Assembly (NCBI GenBank): GCA_965233585.1
Contig: CBDDTI010000587.1
Location: forward strand, 1 to 10,807
Direction of reading: 5' to 3'
Source: a bacterium
GTDB taxonomy: Bacteria; SAR324; NAC60-12
Length of the DNA: 10,807 nt
In this document: in pieces, positions 7,449-10,807 of the stretch
Layout: every line of letters begins with the position of its first letter
Numbering within the stretch: position 1 is the stretch's first letter
Program-made: the position numbers and the translations under genes
The notes under the pieces: generated by a model
What the model saw: the letters and a program-made list of their open reading frames with translations, nothing else
Databases searched by the model: none
What the model was told of the DNA's origin: nothing

Positions 7449-7553
7449 TTCAATTAAACCAGAAACATGGAACATCCCGGAACTTTCCGAAACATCCCGG
7501 AACATGGAATAATTATCATAATTATGAGAAAAATAGGTAAAATTAAATTTTCA

Positions 7554-9251
7554 CAGGAGCCGTAATCGGGGATGGAGACCGTAAGCGCCCGCCATTTCTA
7601 GTATTGGGGTTGGCCCCATGATATGGGACAATTTTTCTATTTTTAGAACAAATTGCGCCATCACCTGCGGCACACGCGCGTACATGCTGCGAGGATTTTT
7701 GCGGACGTCGCGCAGGGAAAATGGAGTCCGAAATTCCCGAAATCTTTTATGCTTTTGGCCCACTACTCAACACGTTTATGTCTGCTGGAATTTTGCTAAA
7801 GTATTTTCGTCGTAAGTTGTTCCAGTTTGAGTGAAGTAAGACAGTGTCGAATTTAGGTATGTCCCGCTTTATATCACTGACCAGGTTGTGTTCCGCTGCT
7901 TCTTTTACGAGAACTTCGCATTATTCCACTCTAAATTTCACGTATGTAGAACTTGAGATTAACAGCTTTTCCTTAGTACAGCAAAAAACTAGTTGGATGT
8001 ATTTGGATATAGCAGCGTTTCAGGACTTCAAAGTTTTCCTCCTCTTGCCACACGCTTTCAAGGATCTCGCGACAGAAAAGTTAAAAAAAAAAATCATTGA
8101 TGATTGCAAGTTTGAGTTTCGCCTAAATTGTAAGCAACGCTTCACGTTTCATTAAAGCCCAATACACAAGGTATGTATAAGTGACAATAGGTTTATTTTC
8201 TGTAGATGCTGCTTAGTTTTGTTTGTGTAAAAAGCCAATTAAGTGTCTGTTGTCTGTTGAATAAGAGCGGTCGCCGATGCGTCTTTCGTACAGTCAGTAA
8301 AAGATGACAAATTCGACCTCCACACATTGGTGTGAAAATTAAACGTACATCGAACTCATATGTCTCTAGTTTTTTACTATATTTAAGGCTGAAAAATGTT
8401 TGAGAAGATATTAAAAGCTTAGCTGAAAATGTGTGAATACAGCAGAAATAATCACCAACGCTTACGATGACCCTTTCTTGAAATAACTCGAATAAAATTT
8501 TCGATTTTGTTGGTTGAGTTATCACAACTTCTTGGCTAATTTATTTTCGTAGTGTAAAGTTTCACTATGTGAAAGATGCACACATGATACTAGTAGCGTT
8601 GGCGAAAATTGTTGTAGCATCTCAGCGCAAAAGACAACGAAGGAACTCTTTGTCAAGATTTGTTGAGAAATGAAAACACCGACTCGAACTTGAAAGCTAG
8701 GGCACACGCTGCACTATGCAAATGAGCTACTCATACGCGTCAGACTTGCCTTTCAAAAACTTTTGCAAACTCGCGAAACAAGCAGAAACTATCAAAACAG
8801 GTCTTGGTTATGATTTAGCATTGTTTGGGAAACTCACAAATTAACTCGTTACCAGCCTGGAGTAAAGAGTTTTCTTACATAACTTTTCTCTACAGAACAA
8901 ACGCAAAACGTTATGTGTACAGCTAGAGCAAGCAGATATTACTCATTCACAGCGAGAAATTAAAGAAATTTTCGACCCTGAAAACTCACCTTTCCATTAA
9001 CTAGAAGCATGAAAGTACATAGAAGAGCCCTGGCATCGCTGTGAAAAATCCGCAAGAGAATCTAGCAACTCTCAACATTTGATTCCGAGCGTGACAACAT
9101 TCACGCGAGAACCCACGACACGTGCGTGGATTAGCGCGAATATATGACGTCAGGATGGCGCAATTTGTTCTAAAAATAGAAAAAGTGTCCCATATCATGG
9201 GTCCGCGCGCATCCCAAGACTTACGGTCTCCGTCCCCGATTATGGCTCCTG
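7554..9251. mobile_element. 1,698-bp non-autonomous DNA transposon with CAG termini (hAT- or P-like) and bipartite inverted repeats
   Basis: 32-bp TIRs 7554-7585 / 9220-9251 (30/32). 48-bp subterminal IRs 7615-7662 / 9154-9201 (47/48). Flanks ATTTTCA / ATTTCA form an imperfect TSD. No transposase ORF inside. Confidence 0.9.
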
Positions 9252-10565
9252 ATTTCAACAATTAAATGAAACAAAACATGATACACTGGTATCAGCTTGG
9301 AAAATTAAATGAAAAAAAAAACAGATCAAAACAAAAACATAACAAAACAAATTCAAACTGAAGAAAAAGAAAAGAAAAATGAAAATGTGCGTATTGAGTG
9401 AAGGCTCACAAGTTAAAGCTAATCCATTTCTTTCAGTCAGGTTCGCCATCAATTTAATTGCGTGACTGTCCCTTATTCCTAATTTCGTTGTTCAAAGAAA
9501 ATCAAGGTGATGGCGTTTGAATTCTTTACTCAGACTGCAGCTGTAATTTCATGGAAAACTCATGAAATAGCTTCACTTGAGCAGTCGTGCTCACAGAGAC
9601 CCATAGATTTTACAAGCAACAGCCTGTGCAAAGTGTCATTTGCTGGCCGTCCATACACGCGCAAATTCAGTTACGTTCGTCAATGAATGCTGTACTTCAG
9701 CAGCACGCCTATTTGCGTTGAAGATAATCATTTTCACGCGGACAAATGAGATCGTTGAGAACAAAGATGTTCAACCGTTTTCATTAATTACATATTTTTG
9801 TTAGTTATACGTTTGTTTAAGTCGAGAGTAGCAAATTTTACTGCGTTGAATTTGAACGTAAACCAGCCCCGAGGTTCGTCAGATTTGCTCGACGGCGAGT
9901 TGCTAATTACTGCAATTTTAACACCCAACTTTCAATACTTTTGTCTTTATTTTCAACATTACAGTACCTACTGAAATACTTGTTGTTTACCAATTAAATA
10001 AAGGTAGTTTGCGTTCTGCAAGAAAATAGCTGATCCATGCTTGAGGTCTATCAAATTAAAAAAAAACGCTATTTTATTGATTTAAATCGTTAATGGTTTA
10101 TTTCCTCGATTTACAGTCAGCGCTTACCGAAACAACAAGATGAATATAACTTAGCGGCCAAAACAAAACAAAACAAGTCAATAAAACTAAGTTAAATCCA
10201 CCTGATACTCAACATTACTGAACTTCTGTGTATAAATTGAATCTGCATTCAACACTGGTTAACTATACAGTGTTGAAGAAATGAACAAACACCTTTGCGT
10301 GTTTACCTTTTAAGATCGCGTACGTTTAAAAATTTTTACATTAAATGAAAAGCTGACATTTCACCAGTTCAACAAGTCTTTACACTCTATTAAAGCATCC
10401 AACTTGATTATCGTAGGTGAATTTTTCGCCTGCTGCCCTCATCATCTTTTCCCGAGTCATTTTCCCTTCTGGTAAGCGGTCTCGGACATTACGGCCTATT
10501 GTAGAAATCGAAGCTGTTCCCATGGACTGCGCCTCGACATTTTCTTTAAAGCTCTTTTAAGTTAA

Positions 10566-10807
10566 GGTGACTCGACCCAGTTTTTTCTGGGGGGTACCAT
10601 CCTACTTTGAAGCTCTCTGGTATCCCCACCTTTACTTTTATCGTAAGTCTAACACATAGAATGGATAACATATAGATCAATCTACAATATAACATAAAAT
10701 TTTTGGCGATCGGAGTAAATGTCACGTGGTTATAATGCCACGCCCCTTTGAGGTCTGAGTCGAAAATCTGCTGATGCTGGCATTTTTTCGTAAAAATCTC
10801 TTGGCTA
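10566..10807. mobile_element. Probable left end of a TTAA-targeting (Kolobok-like) non-autonomous element, truncated by the window edge
   Basis: TTAA (10562-10565) followed by GGTGACTCGACCCAG. The partner terminus is not in the window, so the call rests on resemblance only. Confidence 0.4.

Noticed and set aside
3898..7815. Short ORFs at 3898, 4650, 5059, 5120, 5482, 6498, 6627, 7551 and 7618
   Set aside because: They lie within SINEs, MITEs or palindromes and have no protein motifs.
7844..8707. Internal ORFs as a possible transposase
   Set aside because: Short, with no DDE, BED or THAP motifs.
7618..9261. Similar peptides MIWD[N/T]FSIFRTNCAI in ORFs 7618(+) and 9261(-)
   Set aside because: A by-product of the 48-bp inverted repeat, not paralogous genes.
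10248..10277. 10-bp perfect hairpin TTCAACACTG/CAGTGTTGAA (also 3205-3223) as a terminator or Helitron end
   Set aside because: Eukaryotic context, no U-tract and no correctly spaced CTRR. Probably chance or repeat-internal.

Overview
AT-rich eukaryotic (animal) genomic DNA. The repeat families resemble those I recall from stony corals or other cnidarians, which is an inference. Bases 1 to ~2140 are a compact, intronless, same-strand cassette from an endogenous Polinton/Maverick (adintovirus-like) element. It holds an intact A32/FtsK-HerA-type DNA-packaging ATPase with an unusual N-terminal C2HC zinc finger, an acidic protein, a small basic helical-repeat protein and a small Cys/His protein. 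A motif-dense non-coding stretch (~2135-2425) follows and may be the element end. The remainder is a mosaic of non-autonomous repeats: several MITEs, two tRNA-derived SINEs, a 1.7-kb element with bipartite inverted repeats, and a long imperfect palindrome. It also holds a minimal type I hammerhead ribozyme (minus strand, 5940-5984) and a related half-hammerhead inside a 183-bp insertion flanked by a 9-bp target-site duplication. A few possible host exons are speculative. Most short ORFs after 2200 are spurious.
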